A DNA stretch of 63,445 nucleotides, filler included, from Diploschistes diacapsis (Eukaryota): assembly GCA_023645945.1 (NCBI GenBank). It is 23 parts of 23 records of this genome, joined end to end, with 100 filler letters (N's around TTAATTAATTAA, not from the genome) between each part and the next. Parts side by side here need not be neighbours in the genome. Positions count along the whole stretch, not along the records: positions 59,914 to 61,629 come from JALAIB010002693.1; positions 61,730 to 63,445 come from JALAIB010002694.1; 21 more parts are not named here. One strand, written 5' to 3'. The translations under genes and the position numbers were made by a program. The notes under the pieces were generated by a model that saw only the letters and a list, made by a program, of their open reading frames with translations, made no database searches and was not told the origin of the DNA. Of this stretch, positions 61,361-63,445 are shown one piece after another; the first letter of the stretch is position 1; each line of letters opens with the position of its first letter.

Positions 61361-61729
61361 TTAATTATTATAAAAAACACGAGTTAGAAACCTGCGGTAA
61401 GTATACCGGTAACTAATTAATTATAAATAATGAAACATACCCGTGATAAAATAGACGTAATGTTTTAAAAATTTAAAAAATTTTAATCTAAGAATAGAAT
61501 CTTAAAGAAACTTGATTTTAATCGGCAAACTCGAGATAAACGCGACGTAATAGAATGATTATATCTTATTATTAAGATTATTAGTTGTAAATAGCTCGTC
61601 CCACGTGCCTATATAAATGAACTTATAATNNNNNNNNNNNNNNNNNNNNNNNNNNNNNNNNNNNNNNNNNNNNTTAATTAATTAANNNNNNNNNNNNNNN
61701 NNNNNNNNNNNNNNNNNNNNNNNNNNNNN

Positions 61730-61927
61730 TATAATATCCGTGTTAATATCCGTGCCGAGAAAGTTTTTGCTGCGGTATCCGTGTTAATATCCGTGTCGAG
61801 AAAATTTTTATTATAGTATCCGTGTTAATACTTTTACTATAATATAATATCCGTGTCAGTGTCCGTGCCGAGAAAATTTTCGCGGTAGTGTCCGTGTCAG
61901 TGACCGTGGCACGCAACGGCCAGCCTA
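61730..61927 (-). mobile_element. family F hAT-like MITE left end
   Basis: Reverse complement of the 40010 end: ...GTGACCGTGGCACGCAACGGCCAGCCTA. Confidence 0.75.
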
Positions 61928-62004
61928 AAAGTCTTGAATATTTAATTCGATTAACGTTTTAAATTCTCGTTATAAATACGAAGATAAAGCGAGCTTTTCG
62001 AATA

Positions 62005-62297
62005 AGAAACGCCAGCGCAGAAATAAGATATTATATTATCGGGGGCTGGACCTGATCCGGAAGGATTACATATAGCTGGATATTTATAAATAAAAGGTTT
62101 CGATTCGAAAAACTAGAGAAGACTATATCTAAATGGGAGGGTAATACAATAAATAATAATGTAAATGCCAGCCCTATCAGGGTTCGGGCACAACCCGCCT
62201 ACACAGCCACCCCCTAACATCCTTGGCACGGCTGGCAGCGGCTACCTGTCATGTGACCCTGCCATGGCTTGGCGGGCATCTGGGCTGATCTCTTTCA
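62005..62297 (-). mobile_element. family J-related LTR
   Basis: GAAACGCCAGCGCAG...CCTGATCCGGAAGGATTAC is the reverse complement of 60670-60735. Confidence 0.7.
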
Positions 62298-62609
62298 CAA
62301 ACACGTTATTTAAAGAACGATCGGATCGTTTATCGTATTAAATTCCTTTATTTATTTTTTATTTTCGGTCCCTCCGGTTTTTTTATTTTTAAGATCGATG
62401 TAAATGATTTATCGTTAAAAAACGAATTAGACGAATTATTATTCGTGTCGTATTAATTTTTATTTTATTTAATTACCTGTATTTTACGATATGGTTTCGT
62501 TATTTATAATTAACGTAATATTTATCGAAATATTTAATTAAACGGCGGTATTTTGAAAAAAACGTGAAATCACGCCGGCGATATTCGGTATATCGCACGC
62601 GACGCGTAC

Positions 62610-62780
62610 TGTAACAGCGGGGGTAGTGCTTAATAGGTAGCGCTATCCCACTGAGCCAAAAGACTAACCACAATGCTTTCAGGAACCCCGATGCATTGTT
62701 TCCCTATTACACTATATGTAGGTGCGCAGCTGTGGCAGCAGGGGGACCTGAACCCCGGTGCGCACACTGCGGGTGTTACA
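62610..62780 (-). mobile_element. 171-bp solo LTR with permuted tRNA-like halves
   Basis: TGTAACA...TGTTACA termini; TSD CGTAC at 62605-62609 and 62781-62785. On the minus strand the T-arm GGGG-TTCAGGT-CCCC lies near the 5' end and the A box TGGCTCAGTGG near the 3' end. Confidence 0.85.
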
Positions 62781-63336
62781 CGTACGACCGCGAGATTAAA
62801 TAAGACCGCGTTTATATACGAAGCCCGATGCGGTTTAATTTATTTAAATATAATACGCCCTCGTACGAAAGCAAGATTAATGTCGGGTAAAATAAAGACC
62901 GTATATTACGTTATATTATAAACGAAGCTCGTTAACTGTTATTTTTCGACGACGAGCCAGTCGTACGGACCCTTTTTTTCTTTTTTTCTTGTTCTTTCTA
63001 TTATAGCGCCGCCGCCGCCGGAGGCATGTAAAATATTATCGTTTTATGAATATATTGGTTTCGTACGTAGTAACGGAATAGATTTATATTATAAAAAATG
63101 TTCGTACGAATTAAAAAAAGGCCGAAAAACGGCCGTGCAGGGGTAAAAGTAGGATAATATAATTAAAATAGATTTAGCTTCGTATAAATAATTTAATATA
63201 AAGTTATAGGGCTTCGTACGGAATAGATTTAGCTCAAAAGTTCATTTAAAATTTAAATATTAAATTAAATACGGAAGCGCTCGATTTAATATAATTATAT
63301 TATAATGTAATGTTCTGCTTGGTGGTGTGTTCCGTT

Positions 63337-63445
63337 TAGGCTGGCCGTTACTGACCCTTCCACGGCCGTGTCAGTGACACGGATATTGATAGTGTCAGTG
63401 TCCGTGTTTTAGATTTTTTAGCTGCGGTGTCCGTGTCCGTGGATT
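63337..63445 (-). mobile_element. family F hAT-like MITE right end
   Basis: TAGGCTGGCCGTTACTGAC... with GTGTCCGTGT repeats. Confidence 0.75.

Larger units (their letters stand above)
1741..61729. other. 22 artificial contig linkers (N44 + TTAATTAATTAA six-frame stop + N44); window is a concatenation of unrelated contigs
   Basis: Identical 100-nt blocks start at 1741, 3580, 5419, 7256, 9093, 10927, 12759, 36079, 37911, 39742, 41573, 43402, 45231, 47060, 48887, 50711, 52534, 54357, 56177, 57996, 59814 and 61630. Short contig lengths fall steadily from 1739 to 1716 bp (size-sorted assembly). Confidence 0.98.

Noticed and set aside
1741..61729. Regularly spaced TTAATTAATTAA repeats resembling an array
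   Set aside because: Artificial six-frame-stop linkers inside N runs; not a CRISPR or biological repeat. ORFs ending in X..LIN are artefacts.
1..63445. AT-rich contigs as bacterial, organellar or viral contamination
   Set aside because: They carry fungal TE motifs with C>T/G>A stop codons and shared LTR families, consistent with RIP-mutated nuclear repeats.

Overview
Eukaryotic (filamentous ascomycete, Pezizomycotina-type) DNA. The window is not one locus: it is 23 contigs joined by artificial 100-nt linkers (N44-TTAATTAATTAA-N44). One 23-kb gene-rich contig (12859-36078) carries intron-containing genes: a probable secreted hypothetical protein, an aldo-keto reductase, TRAPPII Trs65, Prp40, the Chd1/Hrp3 remodeler and a very large WG/Lys-repeat protein. 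Two short GC-rich contigs hold fragments of Trs31, an RS-rich protein and a ZNF830-like protein. The other ~1.72-1.74 kb contigs are AT-rich, RIP-mutated nests of Ty3/gypsy (chromovirus), Ty1/copia, Tc1, pogo/Fot1 and hAT-like elements. The most notable signal is a pair of tiny, almost RIP-free LTR elements carrying tRNA-type (Pol III) promoter boxes. One is a complete 292-bp TRIM (53178-53469) with 72-bp hairpin LTRs, a 5-bp TSD, a Ty5/copia half-tRNA PBS, the A box in the LTR and a B-like box in the internal domain. The other is a 171-bp solo LTR (62610-62780, 5-bp TSD) with tRNA halves in permuted order. Both share TCTTTTGGCnnAGTGGnnTAG. All calls are by eye; no database search was run.
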